This document shows, piece by piece, positions 9,440 to 19,736 of a stretch of 46,847 nt of DNA. A program made the position numbers and the translations under genes. The stretch lies in assembly GCA_038203125.1 (NCBI GenBank), contig JBBREG010000001.1, forward strand, positions 1 to 46,847, read 5' to 3'. The notes under the pieces are model-generated. The model ran no database searches. It worked only from the letters and a program-made list of their open reading frames with translations, and was not told the DNA's origin. This stretch comes from Chitinophagales bacterium. Lineage in GTDB: Bacteria; Bacteroidota; Bacteroidia; Chitinophagales; Saprospiraceae. The first letter of the stretch is position 1. The number at the start of each line of letters is the position of its first letter.

Positions 9440-10651
9440 CTAAGCTTCAATACCCAACACCTCACTGACTAATTCTGCTGCCTCCTGTAATAAGATCGCG
9501 GAGCGCACTTTGAGTCCGCTTTCATCGATGATCCTTTTGGCTATGTCTGCATTAGTACCTTGCAGACGAACGATGATCGGCACCTGGATATCACCGATAT
9601 TATTGTATGCGTCCACAATACCTTGTGCAACCCGATCACATCGTACGATGCCTCCAAAAATATTTACCAGGATCGCTTTCACGCTGGGGTCTTTAAGGAT
9701 GATACGGAATGCATTTTCTACACGTTTGGCATCTGCTGTTCCGCCTACATCCAGAAAGTTTGCAGGAGAACCTCCGGATAGTTTGATGATATCCATGGTG
9801 GCCATGGCCAGACCGGCACCATTGACCATACATCCGACATTGCCATCGAGATTTACATAGTTGAGACCAAAAGCTTTTGCTTCCAGTTCTGTAGGATCAT
9901 CTTCATGTGGATCGTGCCATGCTTCAATATCCTTATGACGGAACAGTGCGCTTTCATCCATCGCTGCTTTACAATCGACCGCAACAACTTCTCCGAGGCC
10001 ATTGATCAGGACAGGATTAATTTCCAATAGGGTAGCATCACTGTCCACAAAAGCTGTGTACAATTTTGCGACAAATTGATTCATTAATTTTAGTGTATCA
10101 CCGCTGAGACCAAGATTGAAGGCAATTTTTCTTCCTTCAAATGCTTGGAGACCCAATGCGGGATCAATATATTCCTTGAATACTTTCTCTGGTGTTTCTT
10201 CAGCCACCGCTTCAATATCCATACCTCCTTCAGTGGAATAGATGATGACATTACACTGACGTGCACGATCGGTTAAAATGGACATATAAAGTTCCTGGCA
10301 CTGATCGTATTGCGGGATATAGACATCCTCTGCAATCAGGATCTGGCGTACAAGTTTGCCGGGTCCTTCAAGACCACCCGGAGTTTGTGGCGTGATCAGC
10401 ATCATACCCAGGATGGCGTCAGCTTTCTCCTTTAATTCTTCCACATTTTTGACCACCTTGACACCTCCGCCTTTACCACGTCCGCCTGCATGGATCTGTG
10501 CCTTTACTACCGCCACCGGGCTACCGGAAAGTGCTGTGATCTTCTTATAGGCCTCAACTGCTTCATCAACAGTAGTCGCTACGATACCTCGTTGTGTTTT
10601 GACACCGTATTTGTTGAGCAACTCCTTGCCCTGGTATTCATGCAGATTCAT
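9440..10651 (-). CDS. sucC: succinate--CoA ligase (ADP-forming) beta subunit
   Basis: MNLHEYQGKELLNKYGV..., an ATP-grasp region (AQIHAGGRGKGGGVK), and the C-terminal CoA-ligase domain NIFGGIVRCD. No sucD is adjacent. Confidence 0.95.
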   Translation of the reverse strand: MNLHEYQGKELLNKYGVKTQRGIVATTVDEAVEAYKKITALSGSPVAVVKAQIHAGGRGKGGGVKVVKNVEELKEKADAILGMMLITPQTPGGLEGPGKLVRQILIAEDVYIPQYDQCQELYMSILTDRARQCNVIIYSTEGGMDIEAVAEETPEKVFKEYIDPALGLQAFEGRKIAFNLGLSGDTLKLMNQFVAKLYTAFVDSDATLLEINPVLINGLGEVVAVDCKAAMDESALFRHKDIEAWHDPHEDDPTELEAKAFGLNYVNLDGNVGCMVNGAGLAMATMDIIKLSGGSPANFLDVGGTADAKRVENAFRIILKDPSVKAILVNIFGGIVRCDRVAQGIVDAYNNIGDIQVPIIVRLQGTNADIAKRIIDESGLKVRSAILLQEAAELVSEVLGIEA

Positions 10652-10704
10652 GTCTTTATATTTCGATTTTCGTGGTGCGAAACTAAGGAAAAAGGCGGGT
10701 TAGC

Positions 10705-12825
10705 TTACTTCTCCATTAGGCTGAGGGCTTTCTTTACATCGTCTGTTGGAAACTTGCAAACTTTGTTCTGGCATATGTAGATAAGCGTCTGACCTTCACT
10801 AAGTTTACTTTCAAGTAATGGTAATTTTCCTTCTGTCTGGCCTCCCAGGTAGATGACATCCGGAAGGTATAGCTTTTGCATTTCTGAAAGAGGAACCTGG
10901 TATTGATCACCAACGATCGCCACTTCATACGGAGGTTTTACCACAGAAAGCATAAGCTGGCACCAATTGCTATAAAAGGAAGGTTGTCCATCCCTCAACA
11001 CCAAAGGCCATATTTTTTGAAGCATATCATGCGCACGTTGGGTATACGTCGGGTTGTATAAAATTTCCCCAAGGACAAGGAGATTTCGAGCCATGGTACT
11101 ATTGGCAGACGGTATCACATTATCACTGATCTCCAGTTTCCGTGCCACTAATGGAGGATCTATGTCAGACGTGAAGTAAAACATCAGTGACGAATCACCG
11201 TCAAAATGAGCTAATACATGCTGCATAAGACCATCCGCATGATCGAGCCAGCGTTCGTCAAAAGTTACCTGGTATAATGCAAGAAACGCCTGTATGACAT
11301 TTGCATAATCATCCAGGAAACCATTAATCGTGGACTTTCCATTTTTGTAATTCCGATCCAGCCGGTTGTTTTCCTTGACAAGATTTTTTAATATAAACTC
11401 ACCATTGGTGACAGCACGATCCAGATAACTTTTATCACCACTTACCTTATATGCTTCCACATATCCCTGTAGCATCAATCCATTCCACGACGCAAGGATT
11501 TTATCATCAAGACCTGGTGAAACACGCTTTTTTCGTACAGCAATCAATTTTTCATGAACCCGCTGTATTCGCTGATGAAATTCTTCTTCGCTGATATTAT
11601 TTTGGATGGAAAGTTCTTTAGCGGAACGATGTATGTTCAGGATATTTTTTCCATGTTCCCAGTTCCCACCGGGTGTGATGTCGTAGTACGCGAAAAATAA
11701 TTTGTGATCGGATTCATCAGCAATGATGCTGATCAATTCTGAAGCTGTCCATACATAATATTTCCCCTCTTCACCTTCAGTGTCTGCATCGTACGAACTA
11801 TAAAAACCGCCAGATGCATCATTCCAATACGTATCCACATAGTTCAGTGTTTGTGTTACGACATCGAGATATTCTTTTTTACCTGACCAGCCATAAGCCT
11901 GTGCATATAGGGAAACTAACTGGCCATTATCATACAACATCTTTTCAAAGTGAGGTACCAGCCACATAGAATCCGTTGAATATCGGGCGAAACCGCCTTC
12001 CAATTGATCATAAATCCCACCCTCCATCATTTTGTCAAGCGTGGTCATCACCTGAGCTTTTGCTGCCTCATCGGTATAGCGCGCTGCATAGTGCATCAGG
12101 TACTGCCAGTTATTCGGCATTGGAAATTTTGGAGCACCGCGACGACCACCCATCGTGGGATCCATACGCTGCAGAAATACTTTGGTGATGTCAGCCGCTA
12201 TCTGGTCAGTCCAGGGCTGATCACCCGCAATAATATCTGTCAATCCATGGTCCTTGACACCCCGTATCAGTTGTGACGCATATTCCTGAAGCTTTTCCGG
12301 CTCCTCTGTAAAAGTTTTATGGAAATATTCCAACACCTCCATCCATTTACCTTTCGGAAAATAGGTTCCTGCCCAAACCGGCCGACCATCTGGTAAGGCA
12401 AAGGAATTCAATGGCCATCCACATCCACCACCGGCTACAAGTTGACAGGCAGTCATATACACATCATCGATATCAGGACGCTCCTCACGGTCTACCTTGA
12501 TATTGATAAAATACTTGTTCATGAGTGTTGCCACAGCACTGTCTTCAAAGGATTCATGCTCCATCACATGACACCAGTGGCAGGACGAATACCCGATGCT
12601 GATCAACAGGAGCTTGTTTTCATCTTTCGCCTTTTGTAAAGCCTCATCATTCCAGGCATACCAGTCTACGGGGTTGTGTGCATGTTGTAACAGGTAGGGG
12701 CTGGTTTCATGGATCAGTTGATTGGTATGCTCGTGATTCATAGGGGGGGATTGACATTGCAGGCATGCCAGGATGCCCAGGAATAATAATGCGCGCAAGG
12801 CAGTGGTTTGAGTTCGTGATTTCAC
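10705..12825 (-). CDS. thioredoxin-domain (DUF255/YyaL-type) protein fused to an (alpha/alpha)6 glycoside-hydrolase-like domain; probable lipoprotein
   Basis: [52 protein letters not shown] is the DUF255 thioredoxin-like signature. The open frame reaches 12921 (TTG), with an ATG at 12891. GTG 12825 gives a clean lipoprotein signal, [21 protein letters not shown], and leaves a sensible divergent promoter gap to thrA. The start is uncertain. Confidence 0.85.
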   Translation of the reverse strand: MKSRTQTTALRALLFLGILACLQCQSPPMNHEHTNQLIHETSPYLLQHAHNPVDWYAWNDEALQKAKDENKLLLISIGYSSCHWCHVMEHESFEDSAVATLMNKYFINIKVDREERPDIDDVYMTACQLVAGGGCGWPLNSFALPDGRPVWAGTYFPKGKWMEVLEYFHKTFTEEPEKLQEYASQLIRGVKDHGLTDIIAGDQPWTDQIAADITKVFLQRMDPTMGGRRGAPKFPMPNNWQYLMHYAARYTDEAAKAQVMTTLDKMMEGGIYDQLEGGFARYSTDSMWLVPHFEKMLYDNGQLVSLYAQAYGWSGKKEYLDVVTQTLNYVDTYWNDASGGFYSSYDADTEGEEGKYYVWTASELISIIADESDHKLFFAYYDITPGGNWEHGKNILNIHRSAKELSIQNNISEEEFHQRIQRVHEKLIAVRKKRVSPGLDDKILASWNGLMLQGYVEAYKVSGDKSYLDRAVTNGEFILKNLVKENNRLDRNYKNGKSTINGFLDDYANVIQAFLALYQVTFDERWLDHADGLMQHVLAHFDGDSSLMFYFTSDIDPPLVARKLEISDNVIPSANSTMARNLLVLGEILYNPTYTQRAHDMLQKIWPLVLRDGQPSFYSNWCQLMLSVVKPPYEVAIVGDQYQVPLSEMQKLYLPDVIYLGGQTEGKLPLLESKLSEGQTLIYICQNKVCKFPTDDVKKALSLMEK

Positions 12826-12932
12826 AGGAGGAGTCAAAAGTAAGGAGACATTTACAGAGCATGCGAAAATAGATAGGCTCCCAAATCTCATCGATGGCCT
12901 ACTTTTGCAGACGTAAGACAAGTTGATCGGCT

Positions 12933-15386
12933 ATGATAGTGATGAAATTTGGTGGTACCTCCGTTGGAAATGCTGAACGGATTAACCAATTGATTGAAAT
13001 TGTTCGCTCCCGCGCGGCCGGCCAGCAGGTGGTAATTGTGGTGTCAGCCATGTCAGGTGTTACAAATCTCCTCGAAGAAGCATGCCTGAAAGCTTCTGAC
13101 AAAAACGAAGGATACCGCAACTCCCTGGATATGATCATTCGGAAACACGAAGAGTGTATCGGGGCTTTGTCTCTTTCAGCATCGGTCTCTGCAGCATTGA
13201 TCGAGCAGATCCGGGATCCAATCCATAGACTGGGTGTGATCTGCAGGGGACTGAGTCTGGTGGGGGACCTGACCTCCAAAACAAAAGCTTACATTATGAG
13301 CTTTGGTGAAGTTCTTTCCTCTCTCATCGTTCGCGCTGCCTTGTCATCTTCAGGTCTGGAAGCCCAACTGATCGACGGTCGCGATGTGATCGTAACGGAT
13401 GATCATTACCTATCTGCAAGAGTGGATTTCACAGAAACGGTTACCCGGATCAGGGAGAAAGTTAGTGATCAACATCAGATTTACATTGCTCCCGGATATG
13501 TGGCGAGGTCGGCAAGTGGGGAAAGCACAACGTTAGGGCGTGGCGGATCAGATTATACTGCTGCGATATTTGCCGGTGCCCTGGATGCCGATGTATTAGA
13601 AATATGGACCGATGTCAATGGTATGATGTCAGCAGATCCAAGATTGGTTCGTGATACGGTCACGATCCCGACGATGAGTTATGAGGAGGCCATGGAGCTC
13701 AGCTACTTTGGAGCTAAAGTCATCTACCCTCCAACCATCCAGCCAGCCTTAGCTAAAGGAATTCCGATTCGTATTAAAAATTCTTTTGAGCCTGATCATT
13801 CAGGTACAACGATTTCTAAAAATCCGGATGCAGATTCACATTTTGTCAAAGGCCTCACCTGTATCCAGGATATCGCATTAGTTACGATTTCAGGATCAGG
13901 TATGATTGGGACTCCGGGTATATCCCATCGCTTTTTCCAGGCTCTTGGCCAGCAAGGCATCAATATATTTTTCATCACACAATCTTCTTCCGAACATAAT
14001 ATCAGTTGTGCCATAGCACGACATGATGCTGCTGCTGCCAAAAGAATTATCGAAGAGTCCTATGAGTTAGAAATGAGCCTCGGCAAAATTGATCCGGTGC
14101 ATGTGGAATACGACCTGGCATTAGTTGCGGTGGTGGGTGATGGTATGCGGGAACGTGCAGGCCTTGCCGGCAAACTATTTAGTTTGCTGGGAGAAAACGG
14201 TATTAACGTTCGAGCAATTGCCCAGGGATCAACCGAACGAAATGTATCCTTCGTGATCGGTCAACATAATGCAACAAAAGCCCTCAACGTTTTACATGAA
14301 GGATTTTTTCTTTCAAAATACAAGACTGTACACCTTTATGTGTTGGGAGCAGGGAATGTAGGCGCCACACTTTTGAATCTTATCCATGAAGCGCAAAAGA
14401 CTTATCGCGAAGGGGTAGGACTCGACCTGAAAGTTTGTGGTATTGGGACCAGTAAATTGATGTACCTCGACCCTTTGGGCATAGATCTGTCAACATGGAA
14501 TGGATCATTGAAATTGCATGGTGAATCCATGGCACTGGATGAGTTCCTGACGAAAGTCAAAGAATTTAATCTCCGGAATAGTATCCTTGTCGATATTACG
14601 GCATCATCCGATGTCAGTAACCTGTATCATGATGCTTTAGCTTCCAATGTTCATGTAGTGACAGCTAATAAAATTGCAGCATCTTCCTCATACAAAGAGT
14701 ATGCACGACTTAAAGCGTTAGCAAGCCAGCATAATGTGCGTTTTCTCAATGAAACTAACGTTGGAGCAGGACTGCCAGTCATCAAGACAATTCGTGACCT
14801 GGTGCTTACCGGAGATCGTGTACATAAAATCAAAGCAGTGCTTTCTGGAAGTCTCAATTATATTTTCGACAGGGTAGGGAGTGACCATGTGTTGTTTTCA
14901 ACAGCAGTTTCAGAAGCACGGGAAAAAGGGTACACAGAACCGAATCCGGCTCTTGATTTGAGTGGTAAAGATGTCATGCGGAAAATATTGATTCTTGCCC
15001 GGGAAGCAGGTTATAAACTGGAGATGGAGGACATTAGTAATCAGCCATTTCTTCCTGCGGGTACGCTGGATAATGATGAGTGGGAAGGTCTATATCAAAA
15101 TCTCAAGGCCCTCGATGAGACATTCGAAACTGATCGTGAAAAACTGGCGCTGGTCAATAAGCGCTGGCGATATATGGCATCCCTGGAAGATGGTGCGATC
15201 ACTACCGGACTTGAAGAAATTGATGAAACACATCCGGCCTATCATCTAAAGGGAACTGACAATATCATTTTGTTCTGGACTGACAGATATGCTAATCGAC
15301 CCATGGTCATTGCAGGAGCGGGCGCAGGTCCGGAAGTGACGGCCTCCGGTGTGCTCGCAGATGTGATCTCAATCTCAAATGTGTAA
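12933..15386 (+). CDS. thrA: bifunctional aspartate kinase / homoserine dehydrogenase I
   Basis: KFGGTSVG aspartokinase N-terminus, two ACT regions, then a homoserine dehydrogenase half (LGAGNVG Rossmann motif, ...NETNVGAGLPVI...). 817 aa, as in ThrA. Confidence 0.95.
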   Translation: MIVMKFGGTSVGNAERINQLIEIVRSRAAGQQVVIVVSAMSGVTNLLEEACLKASDKNEGYRNSLDMIIRKHEECIGALSLSASVSAALIEQIRDPIHRLGVICRGLSLVGDLTSKTKAYIMSFGEVLSSLIVRAALSSSGLEAQLIDGRDVIVTDDHYLSARVDFTETVTRIREKVSDQHQIYIAPGYVARSASGESTTLGRGGSDYTAAIFAGALDADVLEIWTDVNGMMSADPRLVRDTVTIPTMSYEEAMELSYFGAKVIYPPTIQPALAKGIPIRIKNSFEPDHSGTTISKNPDADSHFVKGLTCIQDIALVTISGSGMIGTPGISHRFFQALGQQGINIFFITQSSSEHNISCAIARHDAAAAKRIIEESYELEMSLGKIDPVHVEYDLALVAVVGDGMRERAGLAGKLFSLLGENGINVRAIAQGSTERNVSFVIGQHNATKALNVLHEGFFLSKYKTVHLYVLGAGNVGATLLNLIHEAQKTYREGVGLDLKVCGIGTSKLMYLDPLGIDLSTWNGSLKLHGESMALDEFLTKVKEFNLRNSILVDITASSDVSNLYHDALASNVHVVTANKIAASSSYKEYARLKALASQHNVRFLNETNVGAGLPVIKTIRDLVLTGDRVHKIKAVLSGSLNYIFDRVGSDHVLFSTAVSEAREKGYTEPNPALDLSGKDVMRKILILAREAGYKLEMEDISNQPFLPAGTLDNDEWEGLYQNLKALDETFETDREKLALVNKRWRYMASLEDGAITTGLEEIDETHPAYHLKGTDNIILFWTDRYANRPMVIAGAGAGPEVTASGVLADVISISNV

Positions 15387-15389
15387 GTG

Positions 15390-16667
15390 ATGAAATACAT
15401 CAGCATCTCAGGCGATCCGCAACGGTTTGGTTTTAAAGACGCAGTACTGAATAATCTCGCACCCGATGGCGGATTGTTTGTTCCTGAAGAAATTCCATCT
15501 TTTCATTTTTCGAAAGAAGATATTCTCTTATTCAGTAAGGAAGAATTTCTTTTTCATTTTCTTCATCCATTCGTCAATGAAGATTTGTCTGATGTTGAGT
15601 TACGAAACATCATCTCTGACACCCTTTCATTTGAAATACCTCTTGTACAAATCGGATCATCTGATATCTATGCACTCGAATTATTTCATGGGCCTACCTG
15701 GGCATTCAAGGATGTGGGTGCGCGATTTCTGTCAGGTTGTTTATCTGCCTGGTCAACTGACCCTCAGGAGACAACCATATTGGTAGCCACTTCCGGGGAT
15801 ACAGGTGGTGCAGTAGCTAATGGATTTTATAAACAAGCAGGCACCCGGGTGATTATTTTATATCCACTGGGTAAGATTTCATCCCTGCAGGAACAACAGA
15901 TAGCAGGTCTGGGTCATAATATTGAAGCCATTGCAGTAAAAGGGACATTCGATGATTGCCAGCAATTAGGTAAGAGTGCCTTTCGTGATGATGCGTTGAG
16001 AAATGAGATTCGTCTGACTAGTGCCAATTCGATTAATATAGCTCGATGGATGCCGCAGATGATCTTTTACGCGATTGCTTTCCGGGAGGCAGTAAAGAAG
16101 AATTTACCTCGGATCATTAGTGTGCCGAGTGGCAATTATGGAAATATTGCAGCCGGACTTTTAGCCCATCATGTAGGTTTTCATTTTGAGAAATATTTCG
16201 CGTCGCATAATGCAAATGATACCATTCCAAGATTTTTCCGTGATGGTCACTATTTTCCGCGACCAACGATTTCAACTGTTGCTAACGCGATGGATGTAAG
16301 TGATCCAAGCAATTTTGTACGGTTTCAATGGGTGCTCGATAAAATTTCTCCCGATGAAATTTTATTCGAAGCTGCATCAGTAGGCGATGATGCAATTTTG
16401 AAAAACATCGCACAGTGTTATCATGATCATGGTTACGTACTGGATCCGCATACAGCAACGTCATGGAAAGTTTTATCGGATCATGGAGGCAAAGGAATTA
16501 TTCTTTCGACAGCACATCCTCAAAAATTTGAAGATGTGATCATAAAAGCGATTGGAGCGTTTCCGTCAGACTGGAAAAAGGAATTCGTCAGTCAGCCCAT
16601 TCAGCGGATCGTTATGGAAAATAATTATGAGGCACTAAGACCCATTCTCCTGGAGCCAAGAAAATAG
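15390..16667 (+). CDS. thrC: threonine synthase
   Basis: The N-terminal region LAPDGGLFVPEEIP, the PLP-lysine region GPTWAFKDVGARF and ATSGDTGGA are typical of long-form ThrC. A GTG at 15387 directly abuts the thrA stop, and the ATG at 15390 is the next codon. Confidence 0.9.
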   Translation: MKYISISGDPQRFGFKDAVLNNLAPDGGLFVPEEIPSFHFSKEDILLFSKEEFLFHFLHPFVNEDLSDVELRNIISDTLSFEIPLVQIGSSDIYALELFHGPTWAFKDVGARFLSGCLSAWSTDPQETTILVATSGDTGGAVANGFYKQAGTRVIILYPLGKISSLQEQQIAGLGHNIEAIAVKGTFDDCQQLGKSAFRDDALRNEIRLTSANSINIARWMPQMIFYAIAFREAVKKNLPRIISVPSGNYGNIAAGLLAHHVGFHFEKYFASHNANDTIPRFFRDGHYFPRPTISTVANAMDVSDPSNFVRFQWVLDKISPDEILFEAASVGDDAILKNIAQCYHDHGYVLDPHTATSWKVLSDHGGKGIILSTAHPQKFEDVIIKAIGAFPSDWKKEFVSQPIQRIVMENNYEALRPILLEPRK

Positions 16668-16690
16668 CCTTCTCCCTTGCGGAAGAAGGC
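16667..16690 (+). terminator. candidate hairpin terminator after thrC
   Basis: GCCTTCTCC-CTTGC-GGA(A)GAAGGC hairpin (one bulged A) starts at the thrC stop codon. Only a weak, displaced T-run follows (TTTT at 16701-16704). Confidence 0.35.
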
Positions 16691-16802
16691 CTCAGGTTGG
16701 TTTTAACAGATCGCAGAGGCGATTACGTGGCAGGTGCAAATTGTATACCAAAAAAAACATGTACCACGGATTGTATGAAAAAAATGCATCTTTGTCACCC
16801 CC

Positions 16803-17996
16803 ATGGTACCGGAGTCAGAAAAATATGATCAACGAGGTGCGTCAGCTTCCAAAACCGAAGTGCACAAGGCTATCCGAAACCTGGATAAAGGCCTGTACCC
16901 AAATGCGTTTTGTAAAGTTTTACCTGACGTAGTTGGCAGCAATCCCGATTACTGCAATATCATGCATGCTGATACAGCTGGCACCAAATCAAGCCTTGCA
17001 TATCTGTATTGGAAAGAGACAGGAGATATCTCGGTCTGGCGCGGCATAGCACAGGATGCTCTGGTGATGAACCTGGACGACATGGCCTGCACCGGTATGA
17101 TCGATGATATTATCATATCCTCCACGATCGGGCGCAATAAACATCTCATACCGGGTGAAATCATTGAGGCTATTGTAGAAGGTACAATGGCGTTCATCCA
17201 AAACCTGGAAGAACGAGGCATATCCATCAAACATGCAGGCGGGGAAACGGCAGATGTAGGTGATATTGTACGCACTATCGATGTGGGTGTGACAGCTTTT
17301 GGTCGCATGCATCGGAAAGACATTATCGTCAATCAGATCAAACCCGGATCCATCGTCATTGGGCTGGCTTCTGACGGACAGGCGCACTACGAGGATGAAT
17401 ACAATAGCGGGATTGGAAGTAATGGTCTTACCTCAGCACGACACGACATGCTACATAGTTCTTACGCTGATAAATATCCCGAAAGCTTCAGCCCGGAAAC
17501 GAACCGGGATGTAGTTTATAACGGGCCCTGGAAGCTGACCGATACTGTGGATATCAATGGAAGTCAGGTTGCCATTGGCAAGTTGTTATTATCTCCTACA
17601 CGGACCTTCATGCCCATCCTAATGCCGCTCATACGTGAGTATCGAAGTAACATTCAGGGTATTATTCATTGCACAGGGGGAGCTTACAGTAAGGTGCTGA
17701 AATTTATTTCTCCGAATATTTCAGTGCATATTGACTCGATTCCGCCTACTCCGCCGGTTTTTCAATTAATCCGCAATGCATCCAAAACATCCTTAGCGGA
17801 GATGTACAAGGTCTTCAACATGGGAATCCGCATGATGATTTTTGTAGATAGAAAATCTGCATCCACTATCCTCGATCTTGCATCAGCATTCGGCATTAAA
17901 GCCTACCAGCTTGGCGAAGTAAAAAGATCTGCAGATCCCGCCAGCGTCATCATTCAGACCGGCGATGAAGCGGAACCCACAGTCGAATACAGATAA
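16803..17996 (+). CDS. purM: phosphoribosylformylglycinamidine cyclo-ligase, Bacteroidetes long form (AIR synthase-related protein)
   Basis: The N-terminus YDQRGASASKTEVHKAIRNLDKGLYPNAFCKVLPD....YCNIMHADTAGTKSSLAYLYWKETGD.SVW.GIAQDALVMNLDD closely resembles the roughly 390-aa PurM-type proteins of Bacteroides. The domain arrangement is PurM N/C-like. Confidence 0.8.
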   Translation: MVPESEKYDQRGASASKTEVHKAIRNLDKGLYPNAFCKVLPDVVGSNPDYCNIMHADTAGTKSSLAYLYWKETGDISVWRGIAQDALVMNLDDMACTGMIDDIIISSTIGRNKHLIPGEIIEAIVEGTMAFIQNLEERGISIKHAGGETADVGDIVRTIDVGVTAFGRMHRKDIIVNQIKPGSIVIGLASDGQAHYEDEYNSGIGSNGLTSARHDMLHSSYADKYPESFSPETNRDVVYNGPWKLTDTVDINGSQVAIGKLLLSPTRTFMPILMPLIREYRSNIQGIIHCTGGAYSKVLKFISPNISVHIDSIPPTPPVFQLIRNASKTSLAEMYKVFNMGIRMMIFVDRKSASTILDLASAFGIKAYQLGEVKRSADPASVIIQTGDEAEPTVEYR

Positions 17997-18016
17997 AAGA
18001 GCTCTACCGACTTTCC

Positions 18017-18068
18017 CAAAAAAAAATGTGAGAAACTCTTTCGAATTCCTCACATCCTTATTTTTTTT
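18017..18068. terminator. bidirectional Rho-independent terminator between convergent purM and metalloprotease genes
   Basis: An A9 tract, then the stem ATGTGAG (18026-18032) / CTCACAT (18049-18055), then a T-rich tail TTATTTTTTTT. The hairpin is flanked by an A-run and a T-run, so it can terminate both strands. Confidence 0.7.
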
Positions 18069-18108
18069 AGAAAGCTATACTACTGTATTCCCGTGATCCT
18101 GTGATCCC

Positions 18109-19614
18109 TTATTCCATAATTAACAACCGCTCCACCAGCGTACCTGAGTCAGAATGCAACACTACAAAGTAGATACCTGCTGCAAGCTCTTGCGTACGAA
18201 TGATTTGTTGTGACGAACCAGATGGGATTGTCAACTGCTGACGTACCAGTACATGGCCGGATGCATCCGTAAGATTCAATTGAGCGTCAAACGCGTTACT
18301 ACTGCTAAGCGTCAATATGGCGCCTTGTCCTTTCGCAGATGGATTCGGACTGATGAAATAATCATTGATATCTGAAATATCATTTACACCAGTGCCTTCA
18401 CCAACTTTGAAGTTTTGTGTCTGGCTGTACATCGCACCTGTTTGTGATTCATTGTAAGGCCAAACCTTCCAGTGATAAGTCACACCAAGCGGCAATGCAT
18501 CAATTATCAATTGTGAAGAATAGACGAAATACTTTTGTGGAGCGAATGTAAATGAAGCAAATCGATCAATAAGGACCATGTACCTGTTTGCACCCGGCAC
18601 ATCCTCCCAATCCAGCACGATGTCCGTCGATCCTGATGTTTCTTCACCATTAATCGGATAGATATAGTCCACCGCTTCTGTAACCGGAGTCGTATTAGGT
18701 ATTTTTCCAGTGCGGATATACGCACGCTGAATCGTATAGAAGTCAGTATTCATCAGATTCTTCTGGGTCTGTGTAAATGTGTAAGAAGAACAGCCATTAT
18801 AGTACCCCATGAAATTGTTGACGATCGGATGGATCACATCATTGTTTTTATCCCGGATAGAAGTATTCTCATTACAGTTATTCTGGTGTAACAATCCAAG
18901 GTTATAATCAGGAGGTGTGTCACAGATTCGATCGCCCGCAGTGGCACAGTTTGATCCGTTCTGCAATTCAATCAACAGGGAGCCACCACCAGTTTCACAC
19001 GGTTTCGTAAAATCAACATTGACCGGATTGGTATATTCTGCGGTGGTATAAGGAACACAATCCCATCCTGCGTGCGGATGCGGAAGGCTGAAAAAATGTC
19101 CTAATTCATGACCAAGGGTAGATGTGGTACCGTTGATCTGACCTTTTTTGGAAACAATCCAGTCTTCCTGTGGATCGTAATACGCAAGGACGGTGCCCGG
19201 ACTGCCGCCACCATCGTTAGCTGTATTCGTTATAAACACATTAACAGAATTTTTGTCTTCCGCTAATCGCATTTGGATCTTAGCTGCCACGGAATGGGGC
19301 GTATTGAAGACAGCATCATTATTCAGGTACTTTAAAGTGTCAATGTAGAAGATCACTTCCTGGTCAGCAAACTGGACATTTAGATTAGCCAGTTGTTTGA
19401 ATACATCTTCCTCCTGGATGCGTCCGCTTCCGTTGGTAGCTGCAACCAGGTGAAATGTCACCGGTACGTACTTAACCGCATTTCGCTGACTTGCAGGAAA
19501 TCTTGTGTTAAAATCTACTCGTTCGAGCAGTGTCTCTTGTGGCGTTCCACAATATTGGGCAGAAATGAGGGTTGTAAAAAAGAGGCAGATTACAGATAAT
19601 ACCAGTCTTGACAT
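18109..19614 (-). CDS. secreted M43-like (pappalysin/cytophagalysin-type) metzincin with T9SS type A C-terminal sorting domain
   Basis: Signal peptide MSRLVLSVICLFFTTLISA|Q. Zinc site HELGHFFSLPH (HExxHxxxxxH), GDRICDTPPD (M43 DTP motif) and NNFMGYY (Met-turn region). The C-terminal approx 80 aa (ISPNPSAKG...LTDASGHVL......AGIYFVVL......VERLLI) fits the Por/T9SS type A CTD. Confidence 0.85.
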   Translation of the reverse strand: MSRLVLSVICLFFTTLISAQYCGTPQETLLERVDFNTRFPASQRNAVKYVPVTFHLVAATNGSGRIQEEDVFKQLANLNVQFADQEVIFYIDTLKYLNNDAVFNTPHSVAAKIQMRLAEDKNSVNVFITNTANDGGGSPGTVLAYYDPQEDWIVSKKGQINGTTSTLGHELGHFFSLPHPHAGWDCVPYTTAEYTNPVNVDFTKPCETGGGSLLIELQNGSNCATAGDRICDTPPDYNLGLLHQNNCNENTSIRDKNNDVIHPIVNNFMGYYNGCSSYTFTQTQKNLMNTDFYTIQRAYIRTGKIPNTTPVTEAVDYIYPINGEETSGSTDIVLDWEDVPGANRYMVLIDRFASFTFAPQKYFVYSSQLIIDALPLGVTYHWKVWPYNESQTGAMYSQTQNFKVGEGTGVNDISDINDYFISPNPSAKGQGAILTLSSSNAFDAQLNLTDASGHVLVRQQLTIPSGSSQQIIRTQELAAGIYFVVLHSDSGTLVERLLIME

Positions 19615-19690
19615 ATTAGAATAATTGCTTTTGTTGCGCGAAGATACTCAAGGATTTTAGGTCGGTTATCGGATGGTTCTGATTTCTTAT

Positions 19691-19698
19691 TAGTTTTG
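19691..19698 (+). promoter_or_regulatory. candidate Bacteroidetes -7 promoter element (TAGTTTTG) for mdh
   Basis: Exact TAnnTTTG match 39 nt upstream of the mdh ATG (19737). Confidence 0.3.
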
Positions 19699-19736
19699 CC
19701 GACATATACAGTAATTCTTCAAAATTAATTCACCTT

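Noticed and set aside
12826-12932. Possible thr leader peptide or attenuator upstream of thrA.
   Set aside because: There is no Thr/Ile-rich mini-ORF and no alternative hairpins. The region may partly be coding for the divergent DUF255 gene, depending on its true start.
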